A stretch of DNA of 63,358 nucleotides, taken from NCBI GenBank assembly GCA_977017575.1, contig CDRNVI010000166.1, positions 1 through 63,358 on the forward strand, in the 5' to 3' direction. Each line of letters begins with the position of its first letter. Within the stretch, counting starts at the first letter, position 1. Below, in pieces: positions 22,342-35,701 of the stretch. A model generated the notes under the pieces. The model had not been told where the DNA came from. It saw nothing but the letters and a program-made list of their open reading frames with translations, and searched no databases. The translations under genes and the position numbers were made by a program. Source of the stretch: Paramoeba atlantica. Its lineage: Eukaryota > Protista > Discosea.

Positions 22342-22915
22342 ATATATGATGTAGATTACCATGGCTAATAACAACACTATTAGAATAACAGTGTAATTAA
22401 TAACTTAATTACAGTGACGGGTAACAATTCTCCGTCATGTAAGCATTAATGAACTTGATAAAAAAATCACCTATAGTGGACGAAGCATTGAGTGACAAAA
22501 TACAGAATATTTTTTGTTGCAGTGGACCTTAAAATTGGTCGTTCTGCGATGAGCTTGTGTTAAATTGTTGTCGCTCTCATCGTTCAAAAGAATGTGCTAC
22601 CTTCTTGAACTGCATTCAATGTAGATGCTCGTCGAAAGTGTTCTGTACCGTAAGGGCATAATGTGGTTTAGATGAGTACTGATCGAAACTGCCATATTAC
22701 CGTTTCTTCAATTAAAAGTTATAAGAGATCAATGTTTTTTTAGTTCGAAAGTTTTTTCTACCCAGTATGTCTTGTATAGCCCCTTAAATTCTTCTACAAA
22801 CAACTGGGTTAATGACGGGTTATATTGCACCCAAAAAATAATTCCTTGCTTTTATCACCTCTTTTCCTTTTTTCGGCTTGTGAAACTTTGTTATTTTGAT
22901 TTCAGTTAAAAATCT

Positions 22916-24213
22916 ATGTCCGAGTGCGCTTGCAAAAAACACACTGTGCAGAGTAAAAGAACAGTAGTGTACACCGATGGATGGCGTGCTCATAGAGGCC
23001 TGGGCGATACAGTGCGACATCGAACTGTGAACCATTCCAGAAGCGGAAAATACCGGTTTGTCACAGAGGAATCATGCAGAATTAGCTCGCTCGTCGGTGA
23101 AGCGCTCAGTCCGAAGGCAAGGAAGGTTGTCTATGAAGCCGAGAGAAGCAGAGAAATGCATTGCCCTACATACACTTTGGTTCAAAAGAACCACGTGGCA
23201 GGAACATCTGCAATCATTACTTCTCTGTCTAAAATTTGGGCAATGCCTGCCGAATATAAACCCCCCGTCACGAATAAGTGACCATAGGCTATCTGTGTTC
23301 AGGGGGGTATGGGGGTATACATACCATAGTTTCGTGTAGAATTTCGCGTTCTGCAGTTTCCCGCTATTATTTTCTGTCCTAGAGAAACTAAATTTTTTAA
23401 AACAAATGAAAATATCGATCTTTTGAAAAACATTTTTTTTTTCGCCCAAATGGAAAACCATCCACAAGACAAAAGTACGCTGGGCACCAAAGTGTCACGT
23501 TTGGGGTGCGATTGGGGTCGGGTGGAAATGCTTGCGCATCCTCCCTGTTTCGAATATAAATAGTAAAACCTACGTAGAAACGTTCAAAAGTGTAACACTA
23601 CCTTCTAACCGTATTTTTCAACAAGATGGGGCCACTGCTCACATAGCGAAGGCCACTAAGCAGTATCTTTTGAATTCAGGAATAAGCTTCATCGAAACGT
23701 AGCCCCCCAATTCATCCGACCTTAATCCCATAGAGAATGTGTGGTCTATGATGCAAGAACTTGTTGATGAGCAATTGCCTTCTAATACCGAATCACTTAT
23801 CCATTGCGTAAAGAATGCATGGAGCAAGATTCCTACTGAGGTTATGGATCATATGGTTCTTAGCTTCAATAAGCGACTGAAAGCTTGTATTGAGAAAAAT
23901 GGCGAAAAAGTGAAAAAATGGTAGGCGACCCCCCCTAGGTGTTGGTGTTCAGAATTTGTACCAAGTGTGTGACCCCAAGATATTAGAGCCTGAGATCTGT
24001 AAAATGCAACAAGAATTAGCTAGAACGGCTTTATATACCAAAAGTTAGCCTATGGTCACTTATCGTGACGGGGGGTTTAGAAGAAGAGGACAATGAAAGT
24101 GAAACAGAAGAAGAGGAACAATGTGAGCAATTTATGGAAGAGGAGGAAGAAGCAGCAACGGAGGCAGAAGACACAGAAACATGGAACATGATCCAGAGTT
24201 TCATGAATCTGTG
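22916..24213 (+). pseudogene. Merlin transposase remnant interrupted by a Tc1
   Basis: VYTDGWRAH, TVNHS; the C-terminal frame CLPNI|EEEDNESETEEEE is restored when 23259-24079 is removed. Confidence 0.7.
23259..24077 (+). mobile_element. Internally deleted AACCCC-family Tc1 (819 bp)
   Basis: TIRs AACCCCCCGTCACGAATAAGTGACCATAGGCTA / TAGCCTATGGTCACTTATCGTGACGGGGGGTT; C-terminal transposase half with TAG at 23700. Confidence 0.88.
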
Positions 24214-24470
24214 AAGGAATGTGTGAAGTGAGTGGGGTTTTAAGGAGCGTTGTTAAGTTAAGGAGTGTTGTTAAGTTAAGGGGTGTGAATTAGGATGTAC
24301 GGTGAAGACATGGTCAATTTTTATGATTTTCATAATTATTTGTGACAGAAGTCAAGTCCTAAGGAGGTTTGTACTCGAAAATATGGTATAAAACAAAGTT
24401 TTGTGTTAAAAGATGAATTTATGTCTGAAAAATGCATGATCAGGTTTTTTTATATATGTTTTAGGAATGG

Positions 24471-25733
24471 GTGCAATATAACCCGTCTGTAGCACAACTG
24501 TATACATCTTTAGACAACCTTTCCTTTCATAAAATGCGCAAAACAGCTTACATTGGCTCATTACATTTGTACACCTCTTATTATAGTGGGTTACAGTGGC
24601 CGAACCAAATGTACCATCCCCGCACTGTGATACGAAGCGAGAACATCAAAAATTGGCAAGACTTGAAGGAACCAAGCTACGAATCCAAGCAAGATATTAA
24701 AGGCCAGTTCTCACAATATTGTAAAGAAAAAAACAAATCTGCGCCAATTGCTCATAAGAATGTTCGAGTGAATGCCAATATTGAACTTCAAGCTGATTAT
24801 CTCCTCGAATGTGGAGGCAAAGAAAACGCGCAAATGGCGTCACAACTATTAGGGATTTTATGGCACACCATCCGCTGTGAATCTCCTGAACAGGATGTTG
24901 TAAGGATATTGGTCAAACTGTCGAAGGCACTACAAGCTGCAGGATTTGTGCGTGGTGCTTTCCGTGCTAGCTGTGCAGCACTACATAAATTGCTTCATCC
25001 GGAAGCCGAATTCGGGTTGGAGGATTTTTTAGATGCTTTTTTACAGCAAATCAGGGTTATCAATCAGGTTACAAGAAGTGAGCTAAACAGTTTCCTAAAT
25101 ATACTTCCATCTTGCCTTGTCAACGAAGGATACGGCTCCAGTTTAATTGAAAATTTGTGTCATATTTCCGTTCGCGTTTTCCTGCAACATCACGATTTAT
25201 CGAATTCGGAAAGATATTCACGGCTTATTCCGAGAACCGTAAAATATAATCAACAGCTTTTCGAAACTCGTTGGATTCACTATTCGCCATACGACTCGGA
25301 CAGATGTTTTGCTCTTATGGATACTTTGCTACAATGTGCTGAAGAGTATTATTCGTCAACAGGAAATAATAAAGGGATATTGTGGGCCCTACGAACAAGG
25401 TCTGATATTCATGATAATAAAGAGTTTAACCGGCGTATTTACTCAGGAAAAATTACTACACAACGAGGCCGTGGATTGAGCAGAGCCAATAAGCTTACCA
25501 CTAATCCTACAGCATATGAACTACTTTGTTTTAATCCTTCCGTACACCAACCATACTTTGATTATCGATATCTCCTTTCAGCTCCCGTAGGTCGTGAGAA
25601 TGAGGTTTGGCCAGGGGTGAATCGAACGAGAGAGAATGGCGATCCACTCCGACGACAGTGCAAATTTTATCGTCAAGATATTGCTCGAAAACACGGCCAC
25701 TCTGTTGCGTCACAGCATAGCGAATACAACTAG
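24471..25733 (+). CDS. Hypothetical protein (about 400-420 aa; first ATG 24533)
   Basis: Long uninterrupted ORF, helical composition, no TE motifs. Confidence 0.75.
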   Translation: MQYNPSVAQLYTSLDNLSFHKMRKTAYIGSLHLYTSYYSGLQWPNQMYHPRTVIRSENIKNWQDLKEPSYESKQDIKGQFSQYCKEKNKSAPIAHKNVRVNANIELQADYLLECGGKENAQMASQLLGILWHTIRCESPEQDVVRILVKLSKALQAAGFVRGAFRASCAALHKLLHPEAEFGLEDFLDAFLQQIRVINQVTRSELNSFLNILPSCLVNEGYGSSLIENLCHISVRVFLQHHDLSNSERYSRLIPRTVKYNQQLFETRWIHYSPYDSDRCFALMDTLLQCAEEYYSSTGNNKGILWALRTRSDIHDNKEFNRRIYSGKITTQRGRGLSRANKLTTNPTAYELLCFNPSVHQPYFDYRYLLSAPVGRENEVWPGVNRTRENGDPLRRQCKFYRQDIARKHGHSVASQHSEYN

Positions 25734-26244
25734 GTTTTAGAGGATGCTAGCTATTTTTCGGGCATTTTCTTCAGCGCACGTTTGTGTTGTCTGTTTAGCG
25801 CTTTCGAATTATTCTTTTCGAATTATGCTTTTGTATACTTGTACATGTATACTCTTGTATATTCTTTTCGAATTATGCTTTTGTATACTTGTACATGTAT
25901 ACTTGTACTTTTGTATACCTGTACTAATTCCATACAAAAATTATAGATACTACATTACCACCTACATCATACCTACACTGTATGTACTGTATGTACACTA
26001 CATGCTTTTACCTGTATATACACCTTCGCATTCTTTATTTTTTTAACGTACAAACATGCAATTAAATACTATATACATGTATGCATTAACGTATTTTGGT
26101 TGTGGATGCACAATTTGTTATTCCATAATCTCTTCACCATACAGTGTAAGTGATACCAATATACACAAATGAAATTTTATATACTGTCACCCCCCCCTTT
26201 ATACTTCCGTTCTCGTCCAGACGAAAAATCAGCACCCCCCTTTA

Positions 26245-26560
26245 AACCCCTCGACAAGAATAAGGCACCCCCCTTGTTTTTCGCGTGCAGGGACTCATGG
26301 GGGTTGCAGCACCACTTCGTTCAAAATTTTGAGATCTGTGCGTTCCTGGGGTTTTTAGCCTGTTTTAAAAATTTGAAAAAAATAGTTTGAGAAAATAATT
26401 TTTGAGAATAGCTTTTGTAAAAATCCAAGTACCGTCCACCAAGGGGAGGGATGATACCGTGGGGAAAATATTATTGTGCCAAATTTTCGAGGACGGTATC
26501 CCGAACAAACAAATGACATATCTGCTGGAGGCTTTAAACTTCTTTTTTAGTTTTTTGACA
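26245..26560 (+). mobile_element. 5' fragment of an AACCCC-family Tc1
   Basis: TA-AACCCCTCGACAAGAATAAGGCACCCCCC, family subterminal module, decayed KYRPP..G...GK..L start. Confidence 0.7.
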
Positions 26561-26859
26561 CCACACGCTGCAGCATCAGTGAGCATGAACATACGAAACC
26601 CTTTGAAAAATAAAGTAAACTACGCTATACATCGTATGTGTTGTGATGAGTACGCTGCAATAAGGTAAACAATGTTTTATGCAAACAGGAACAATAGATT
26701 CGAAAAAAGTTTTATAAGTATGTGAGGAGTGATTTTCTCGAGCACAAAAAACATAGGATAATACGAGACAACAACACAAGAACAGCGGATTACTAGAAGC
26801 CCACATAGCAGTAGGTAGCAAAATGTATGTAAAACAAGCAAAAATCGAAAAACAAAATA

Positions 26860-28300
26860 CTATTCGTCAACAGAAATTTCCTTTATATGCATCTCCTGGA
26901 ACACGCGGGACACAAGTTCATTCTCGCGTTGCGCTTCCACAGTTGTTGCAGGAACAACGAGGGTGTTTGCGCGAAGGTTTTGCACACCTCGGACTGTGAC
27001 AGTGTTAACGTTCCTTTGTAAAGCAGGAAGGAACAGACGCTCAAAGGCTTCAGAGTAAGCGTCTTCAGCGCGAAACGCACGTAGTGCATGAACTACGAAA
27101 CGCGTAATCTTTTTCCGTGTTGGTCGACGGAGCTCACTCTGCAGTCCACGCCACGCCGAAAATTTCTCGCGATAGTGGTGCTTGAACTGTCGGTTAACCG
27201 ACACATCCATAAGCTGAACAAGGGAAGTGCAGCCGGCAGGAACAAACAGACAGTCTACTTCACGTCCGCGAGGGAAAGATAGAACTTCCTCGAAACGATG
27301 CGCTGCGTAGAGATCGACTACGAGCAGCGTCTTCCGTGGTGGATACCGTATCCACCAACAAAACAACACGTATCATACGTGTTGTGGTCCAACAAAACCT
27401 CCTTCAACCAAGCCAGAAAAGAATCGCCTGTAGCCCAGCCAGACACTGTGGTAGTAGCAGTGCAACTGTACTTGTCAGCTGCACCGCGGACTTCCCGAGA
27501 TATGGGCCCTGAATCGGACTGCGCCTGCCAGAGGAGATGCGGGGGAAGAAGTTGGTGGGTCCAGAGACCTTCGCCGTTTAAGACAGAGCGTGCGGCAAGA
27601 AAGGCAGTCGTCATTTGGCGCTCGGTGCCCAACGTACGTACACGCACCCGCGACGTTCCTCGAATCTCAAGAGTTGTATTCACAGCAGGTTCACGCACGA
27701 CTCCGGTCTCATCACCAGTGAGGATGACAGTGTAACCGTTGCGAGAGGCACTCATCAGTGTCATCAACTCGAAAAAGTCTCGGATTCGTTCGTCAGCGTC
27801 CGTCGGAATGAGTTGCGTGCAACCGTTCACACGGCGGTGGGTTACATTAGCAAACTGACAGAAGCGCTGCCAGAATTTCTCCTTACCATTTTCTGTAAGC
27901 TGATTGAAGTGATCGAATGTTCCAAAAAAATGAAACATCATCTGCTTCGTGACTCCAACAAGTGCCTCACGCATAGCCGTCATCGTGCGAGCACCTGCCG
28001 TGTAGAAGTCTCGGTTCTCACGTGGGGGATGGTACTGGTACGCTCGACCGTAACCGAGCTTCACCAACTCCAGCAGTTCCTTCTTTTTTCTGCAATTTTA
28101 TAAACTGTAGAAAGACTCACGCCGTACTCGCGAGCTACTACAGATTCGGGCTTCATCGCTCCTATCGAAGAACAAGTGTTCAGTTTTTGCTGAATGGTGA
28201 GCTCCACCCGAATTTTACGGCGACGCTCTTTGCGCATGAGCTTCTGTCAAGAGCTGCGCATTCGGAATTACGGTAGTGACCACGGTTGCATGAGGAATAA
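26860..28300 (-). pseudogene. pogo/Tigger-like (DDE_1, CENP-B type) transposase, DD35D, frameshifted
   Basis: ELTIQQKL...VAREYGVSLSTVYKI HTH (about 28090-28210); LTGDETG; SGWAT; LLVVDLYAAH...VPAGCTSLVQLMDVSVNRQFK. Confidence 0.85.
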
Positions 28301-29359
28301 CAACAACCGGCTTTTGCGGAAGATGAGCATTACGAACCTGCTCGGCATTGAAAATTAATCGATTTAATGCCGGCATGTGGAAAAGCGAAAGAAGAGAGTA
28401 CAAAAGAAGAAAGTTTTGGCACAAAAAAACTAGTTAAAAGTAGCACGAAAACAAAATTCGTTTTTTCTTCCATATTTTCGAACTCTTTTTCCGTGAACAC
28501 AAAAAAGTTGGATAAGTCAGAGACTTACCCAAGTACGCTACTTGTCCGAAAAATCGGATTTTTTTAGATAAGTAGCGTACTTGGATAACAAAGGGGGGGG
28601 GCCTTGTGGAATCTATGCCGTTTCCCGTGCTTTTACGCACATCACCTTTTAGATAAAAATTACGTTTTTTCGTGGTGCAAAATTTATATTTTTTCTCATT
28701 TTCTTACTTTTTTGCCTGTTTTTTCCCTTTGGAGCATTCATGCCACAAAGACTGGTACACTCACATTCTTCTCGAAGGAAATTCTCGGAGAGCCGTTTCT
28801 CACCCTCAGATAAAACAAAACTAACGCATAGAATGTTTTTTTGTTCAAGATTAGTCATTTCGCCTTTTTGCAGTTTTCTAGAAAAATTTGTAATTGATGT
28901 TTTTGAGCCACCTGTCATTTTACAAAAATGTTATCTATGCGGGAAACGACATAGATTCCACAAGAGGGCTATTCGAGAGCTCTCGAATGCACTATTATTT
29001 TTCAAAATTGACCGCTTTTTACAAATTTTACCCCCCCCCCCAGATTTAGCTGATCCCCCATGTACATGCGAAGATATCCGAAAGCGAAAAGACACCAAAT
29101 AGACAACAAGTTGACAGAGAAGAAAAAAATTTATGTCGAACAAAAAATATAGACGAATCATTGTTACTAAAGATATTGATGGAAACTGCAGCGTTAGATA
29201 CATGGCAGGAAGATGAGCCAAAAACAGGCGCATTCCCCCCTGGTTAACCTTTTCGAACGAGTATTGCGGGTGCGTTTCTTCATTTTTTTCTGCTAAAAAA
29301 GTACTCCTCCTCTCATTGATTTTTATAAATATAAATTATAACAAAAAAGAAAATTTATA

Positions 29360-29539
29360 CTGTCCCCTATTCCCTTAAGCGCACCCGGTCAGACCCCCCC
29401 GTTTAAGCGCACATAAAGTTGAGGTGGAGTCTCCGGCGCCGCGAAGCGGCGCCAATTTTTTTTTTATGTACTGATTCAGACCCCCCCGTTTAAGCGCACT
29501 TTTCACGGAAAACGAGGTGCGCTTAAACGGGGGGGACAG
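29360..29539. mobile_element. MITE, sister of 1784-2000
   Basis: TA-CTGTCCCC ... GGGGACAG-TA; shared internal sequence. Confidence 0.75.
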
Positions 29540-29944
29540 TATTTATAATTATTAACATCAGTGAGAATGCTTTCCAAAGATACCGGAGATCCGCCAGTAA
29601 ACGACCTCCGGTAAGAGAGATTGGCTCGGGAGGCTAGCTGGTTGGCGGGGCTGAGCGGGCGGGGGTTGTTGGACGAGTAAAGGTGGGTGAGCGAGGTGAG
29701 GGTTATTGGGAGGGCTGTGATGGCTGTGGTACGAAGTTGTCTGGACAGAAAATCAATGCACGCATGAGTAAAAGAGGTCTTACACAGAGTGGGAAACCGA
29801 GTTCAACTCGCTTTCGAAGACGTGTGTGCGATAAATGTGATATAACGACTACTTGTAGAAGGGGGGGCATTTAATCAAAACAACCCAGGCTAAAGTGGAC
29901 GACGGAGATACTCGTCCTTGCGCCCCCTCCTTCCTCTAAGGTCT

Positions 29945-30125
29945 TGAGCGTAAAAAAGTAAAAAAATGGTAATCGCCCATTCATATTTTACCTTACTCAC
30001 CCCACGATAAGTTTACAAGGTACGCAGAGTCTGTTTACTGAGATCTTCAGAATGACACAAGAATTAGCTCAAACGGACTTACCATAATGATTTTAGAGGG
30101 GGGTGTCTTATCGTGTCGAGGGGTT
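29945..30125 (+). mobile_element. 3' terminal fragment of an AACCCC-family Tc1
   Basis: KKW* end, then a 3' module nearly matching 12630-12784; ends GTCGAGGGGTT-TA. Confidence 0.72.
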
Positions 30126-31929
30126 TATTATAAACCCTGTATGTGGTAATGAGGTAATTACCTCCCATTACTTCCTATTACCACCCTATATGTTGTTTAC
30201 CTTTGCTTGTTTTCTGAAACGATATTTTGGGAACAAAGTACTGTAAGGCGGTTTGTTGAATAAATTGTAGCATCTGATTTTCCCTACACTACTAAACGTG
30301 TCGAATAACGACGAAGTATATCAACTTCTTATTCTTAACTTGCAAAATGAGAGGTGAGAGATGGCCTACGGGAGGATTTCGCATTCCTCCTCCTCCCATT
30401 TGTCTTCAACAGGGGTTTCCTCTGCCAGAGAGTATTTGTAAGAAGTCCAATGTCGAAAAAGATTCTTCCCGACAAATTAATCACGCGTCTTGTCCCCCTG
30501 CTCCAACTTCTTCACTTTCTCCACCTCGACACTCTTCCCGGTCAATCCGTAAGGTACATGATGTTACAATTACCACCTCTTCACCGGAAGCATTTTTTTC
30601 TCAAGAGGTTCACTCTTCAAAGCACGATTAATTTCTTTATAACTCCCAAGATAAGACACTAAGAACACGGAAGAGGGCGAGCAACCGCATGGACAGTGCT
30701 ATCTGCGATGCTGTTGCCGAGCGTGTGGCGGAAGGACCGCGGCAGCTACAGTTGTAAGTCTATCCACCCTTCGAGAAGCCATCACGTTTGGGTGAAAAAA
30801 ACAAGAAAAGTAAGCCTTCCGGAAACGTGGATGATCCGCTGAAGTATGGGGATCTATCTAAATACTTTTATTATGAGTCGTGCGATTTTAAGCATACGGA
30901 TAACGCTTCCTCGAAATGGACCATCGTCAGACCTCGGGCTCCTTTCTAAAAGATGACGCTCATCAGCGGCGACATGTAGTTTGTCGATGCTGTTCCATGA
31001 TTTTTCACAGCCGATGTAAATAAACATACTATGCACACAAAAACGACTTTTGCAAATCGGTGCGAGAGAACAAAAGCATAGTGAGGGCAAGTCATCTCAT
31101 GATTTCGACGCGACATCATTCATTGAAAGGTCACTACCGTGTCTCGGTGCGAAAACGAATTTATCAACTGAAGGGTTGCTGAAATTTGTCTCTACGTGTA
31201 TGAAGAAATGCGACCGCACATAGAACCACAAATCATACTGCGCCGTCTTCCATGTGCCAAAACATCGTTACGAGAAAACCTTGGCAACCGAAATTTGGGA
31301 GAAAATTTATAAGACCGTATCGGAGGCTACGTTTTTCGGAATAGCAATAGGCGGGGGAATTGATAATGTCAAGCATCAAAACGTTTTAATTAGTGTTTTG
31401 TACGCAGGCAGTGAGTCTTTTGTCCTCCCACCTATCTACCATAAACGTTACAGGGCGTTTAACGGCAATGAAATGTCAAAATCAATACTCAGTATGCTTC
31501 GGAGTGGTCTCGGAGACTCGATACAAAAATTGCGATACCTAATGGTCTATGGTTGCGGTGTAAACCACGTTGCACGGGTTGCTACAGAGCGTGAATTGAA
31601 AGATCTTTACGATCGTATTTCACCTGTGGGGGCGGAAGACACAAATAATATGTATAAATAAATAATAGTATGTGCAATGGCATACGCATGATGATTCCTT
31701 GTGTTAGGGAACTGTCGTGCTTTGGGCACATATTGAATCTCGTCGCGCGGGACACTTTCAATCGATGGCAGTTATGCGCCTCCGAAACACTTTTACGCAT
31801 GTATTTTGGTCAGGAGGCAAGCCAAGTGCAAAGAAGGGGAAATATATGGGCCGTGCTCCTCCTCCTTTCATAATTCTTTATAGATATAAACTGTAAGTGT
31901 TGCAGCTTTTTCAATTTTTGCAGTTTTTT

Positions 31930-32882
31930 CCGTGTTTTTTTTTGTTTTTCAGCTCACTATTATGCCGCAAAAGCGATCCCTCTCTAAGCAAAACAGTAAA
32001 AGCTTATCTGATAGATCACATGAACCTCCGGGGCACACAAAATATTCACACAGGACGAAAGTTGTGACGAAAAAAAGTTTACTTGTCAACTTGGGCGCGA
32101 AAGCCGTTCTTACATTTGCCGAGCGAGTGACCCCCCCAAGCCACCCCTAAAAGCTGCGCAAAAATGGTTTGGGGGGGATGGAGTAAACGTTTGGATGGGT
32201 ATAAGCCTTATTTATGGGGTTTTTTATCACGTCTTTCCCGACAGGGACAGAAATGGGAAAGTTACGATTACTTCAAATGTTTTTAAAGCAGCTATGTCAA
32301 AAAGGGGGGGTTCTTAAGTTACTTGAAGCGTCATAGCGGTACTAGAGTTGCAATGGATAATGCTCCTTGTCACAATGGCACCTTTAAAACCTTTCGAGAA
32401 AACCAAGTCTTTGTTTTAGACTTTCCCCAAAAATCCCCAGATCTTAACCCTATTGAAAACATTTGGGACATCATGGACACCTTTATTAAAGATGGTACAA
32501 ACCCAGAAAATAGGACTGAAATTTTGTATTCTATTGAAAAGGCGGTTGATTACATTAAAACAGATGGTCATAACATGCTCATAAACACTTTAAACAGCAT
32601 GCCGCGGCGTTTCGACATAGTAGTAGAAAAAAAAGGGGAAAGTTGTAATTATTGAACGTACAAAATTTTTCTTTCACTTTTTGCATTTTGACGTTTTTGG
32701 GCTTCTCCTCAGTTGACCACCCCGGGAACAGGTCTCCTCAGTTGACCACCCCCTTACACCCCGGGAAACCGCCTATCCAAATACATAGATCTCTGCGAGA
32801 GCTCTCGAATGCGCTATCATTTTCCAAAATTGCGCAAACATTGCTAATTTTAGACCCCCCCAGCATCTGATTTGCACCCCTG
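31930..32882 (+). mobile_element. Deleted CAGGGG-TIR Tc1-like element, DD32E transposase remnant
   Basis: VWMGISL..GVFYHVF; MDNAPCH...FPQKSPDLNPIENIW (32 residues D to E); ends GCACCCCTG-TA; left end not found. Confidence 0.75.
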
Positions 32883-32898
32883 TATGTATGTATGTATA

Positions 32899-33837
32899 CA
32901 GGGGTGCGGGTCTAAAGGTGGGGGGGTCTAAAATTCGTAAAAGTTGTCGAATTTTGGAAAATAATAGCGCATTGGATAGCTTTCACAGAGTTGTATGTTT
33001 TAGGCGCATTAAAATCCTGCGATTTTAACGTACATATTTTTTGATACCGTATTTCGCTTTTTTCCCTTGCAGAAAATACATTTTTTACTAGAAAATGCCC
33101 CAAAAGGGCGCTCGCTCGAGGACTTCCCGTGGAGTACTGAGCGATAGATCGTATTCTTCCCCCGCCCCCGTCAAAGAGAGCCACCGCATGCTTTTGGTGG
33201 CGGAATACGAGCGCACAGGATCGTACTCCGCTACGGCACAGCACTTTGGTGTTCATGAGAACACTGTAAAACGTTGGGTTGAACGTTTTACCCTTACGGG
33301 TGACGTGTTAACGACATCCCGAGAGCGTGTTTCGACGGTGGTTACCCCTGCGTTCCTGGATGTGGCTCTTAAGCTTGTCGACGAGGGGTATGACCTTGTT
33401 TACGGCGTAGAGAGCTGGAGCGATCTTCTGGTCTGTGATGGACGCAGACAGAAATCATCTTCGACACCGAAATCGACAGCAACTGGAAGCCGCTATTGAG
33501 GGGTCTTTCCTTAAATTGAAACAGACCCACTCTGCAACGGTTCAGAAAACGTTGAAGAGTTTCAGGAAGCGTTGTAAAATTGTTATTAGTCGGAACGGGG
33601 GGCACTGTGGTTACTAATTGTCTTTTGCAATCCAAATTACAGAAATTATTGACACCACTAAAGTATTGCAATATGTGTTTTTGACCCTTACATGAAAGGG
33701 GGGTACCCCCCAAACCCCGGAAGCTACCTATCCTAAAACATACAGCTCTGTGAGAGCTATCCAAAGCGCTATTATTTTCCAAAATTGGACAACTTTTACG
33801 AATTTTAGACCCCCCCACCTTTAGATTCGCACCCCTG
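32899..33837 (+). mobile_element. Internally deleted CAGGGG-TIR Tc1-like element with about 90-bp TIRs
   Basis: TA-CAGGGGTGCG...; ...CGCACCCCTG-TA; HTH (TAQHFGVHENTVKRW) joined to the C-terminal WSVMD...RNGGHCGY. Confidence 0.85.
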
Positions 33838-35259
33838 TATGTATTACTGGAGGAGGGTGATGAAGTTTTCATCCATGCATGTATTTTTCAGCAGCAAAAA
33901 GCAGATGAATGACTGCCCAATTATATCTGGAGGTCGCGGCGATATATCTTTTTCGGAGCGGCGAACCTTTATTTCACATCACTGAAGAAGAGTGGAATAA
34001 TTAGGTAGAATACAAAAATTATGAATGGAAACCCTCTGTACACACATCTTCATGGACGGGTAGGAAGATGTAGGGAAAGAAAGGTTTCCTTCAATTTATC
34101 ATGCTGCTAAGCTCTACTTGTGGGTACCGACAATAGTCACTGCGTGTGGTTCTCTCCTCTCTATCATGGGGTGGAAATATAACCACCGACAAGCTTCCTT
34201 AGATAGCAATACCGTAGCAACACAAATGTTCGTAAGAGGCAACCTGGATAAATTGCTTTATCTTGACAGAAAGAGTACTGAAGGGGACATAGATTTCTTG
34301 AGCGCAGAGGACTCTGGTGACCCAGCGTAAAACTTGTCAATGTAATCTCAGAGGCTCCTGATGTGAGTCTGCCTATTCATTTTTTTAAACGTTGGGTGGA
34401 CGAAGAATAGAATTACGTACTTTTATTTAGTACGAGTATATTTTTTTGGGCTGTAACCTAGGCTCCTAATGTGACCCAATAAAAAAATCTCCATCGAATT
34501 GTTAATATGGTTTCATGATATAGTCTACGAAAATGTGGTATCTTGCTTATTTGCATAAACGAAAGCTATTTTACTTTTCGTTTTTTCACACGCTAAAAAA
34601 TATGTCCTGAACTTCACTTATGAGAAACGAAGTGTACCCCACGAGTGTACCCCACCGTGCCAAATTCTGATGAATGAGCAGCTTGGTCCAATGCAGATCG
34701 TTTTTTACGAAATCCTCATGTGTTCGTTTGCCTCACAAATTTCCATTACCCTTCACGTTTATATTCTTTCGCGTAAACTGAATCATAGTTGCAGTTCAGG
34801 AGACAAACAGGCTGCAAAACAAATTTCATTTTTCTCTCAAATTAGTAGGCAATTACTGCCCCCCCCTACTTAAGAGTCCTTTTTGACGGAGCCTCGGGCT
34901 GCCTGCGGCGCGAAGCGCCGCCAGATTTTTTTTTTTTTTTGACTTTTTCTATTTTCTTTGATTTTTTTTAGTTGTCTGCCCATTCCGTTTCGGTACTTCC
35001 AAAAGTACCGAAGCCGGCGGAAGTATAGAGGGGGGGGGTGATAGTAAAAATATACACCAATATGATAAAAACACATTATTATTTGTACCCTAACTATTTG
35101 TACACGTACTTCTGGAATTCGTTTTTCATTTTTTAGATAAGGGTTCAGAGATTATTTTTACAATCGTAATGAATACATAATGTACAAAAATCTATTCTGC
35201 AGCTTAAATTTAGTTACAGTGAAGTATTCAAATACGAGTGAATTATATTATTATATTAT

Positions 35260-35430
35260 GACCCTAATGTTAAAGTGGTAAAATATTTTTTTATTTTTTT
35301 ATTTTTCATTGGCTAAAAACAGCGGGAACGTACAGATCTCAAAATTTTGAACGAAAACATGGTATGATAACCCTACCATACCCCCTCATGCAAAAAATAA
35401 GGGGGGGTGCCTTATTGGTGGCCAGGGGTT
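35260..35430 (-). mobile_element. Solo terminus nearly identical to 8665-8833
   Basis: GACCCTAATGTTAAAGTGG ... GGCCAGGGGTT-TA. Confidence 0.8.
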
Positions 35431-35701
35431 TATTACGGTTATTTTTAATTAAGATTATTTTTAGCAGCGAAAAAAAATACCCTTTTTCATGTCTATCACC
35501 ATCGAACTCACCTTCATACGAAACAGTAACCTTTATAAAATCATCACAGACGAATCCAGTGGCTTGGGCGCTTAAAAGTTACTCAAAAAGTGTGTTCAAA
35601 AAATATTAATTTACGAGTGGATTATATTACGGTTAATTTAATTAAGATTATTAGCCAAAAATAACCTTAAAAGCGTAATTAAATAATCCCGTAATTAAAT
35701 A

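Larger units (their letters stand above)
31254..34330 (+). pseudogene. hAT transposase remnant, probably one element split by two Tc1-like insertions
   Basis: FFGIAIGGGIDN (first-D region decayed); CFGHILNLVARD (31716-31752); after 33840 dimerisation-domain-like GKERFPSIYHAAKLYLWVP...QMFVRGN. Confidence 0.6.

Noticed and set aside
29620-29874. Zinc-ribbon gene (CxxC...CxxC)
   Set aside because: Only about 63 codons, no clear start, lies between TE fragments; cannot be supported as a gene
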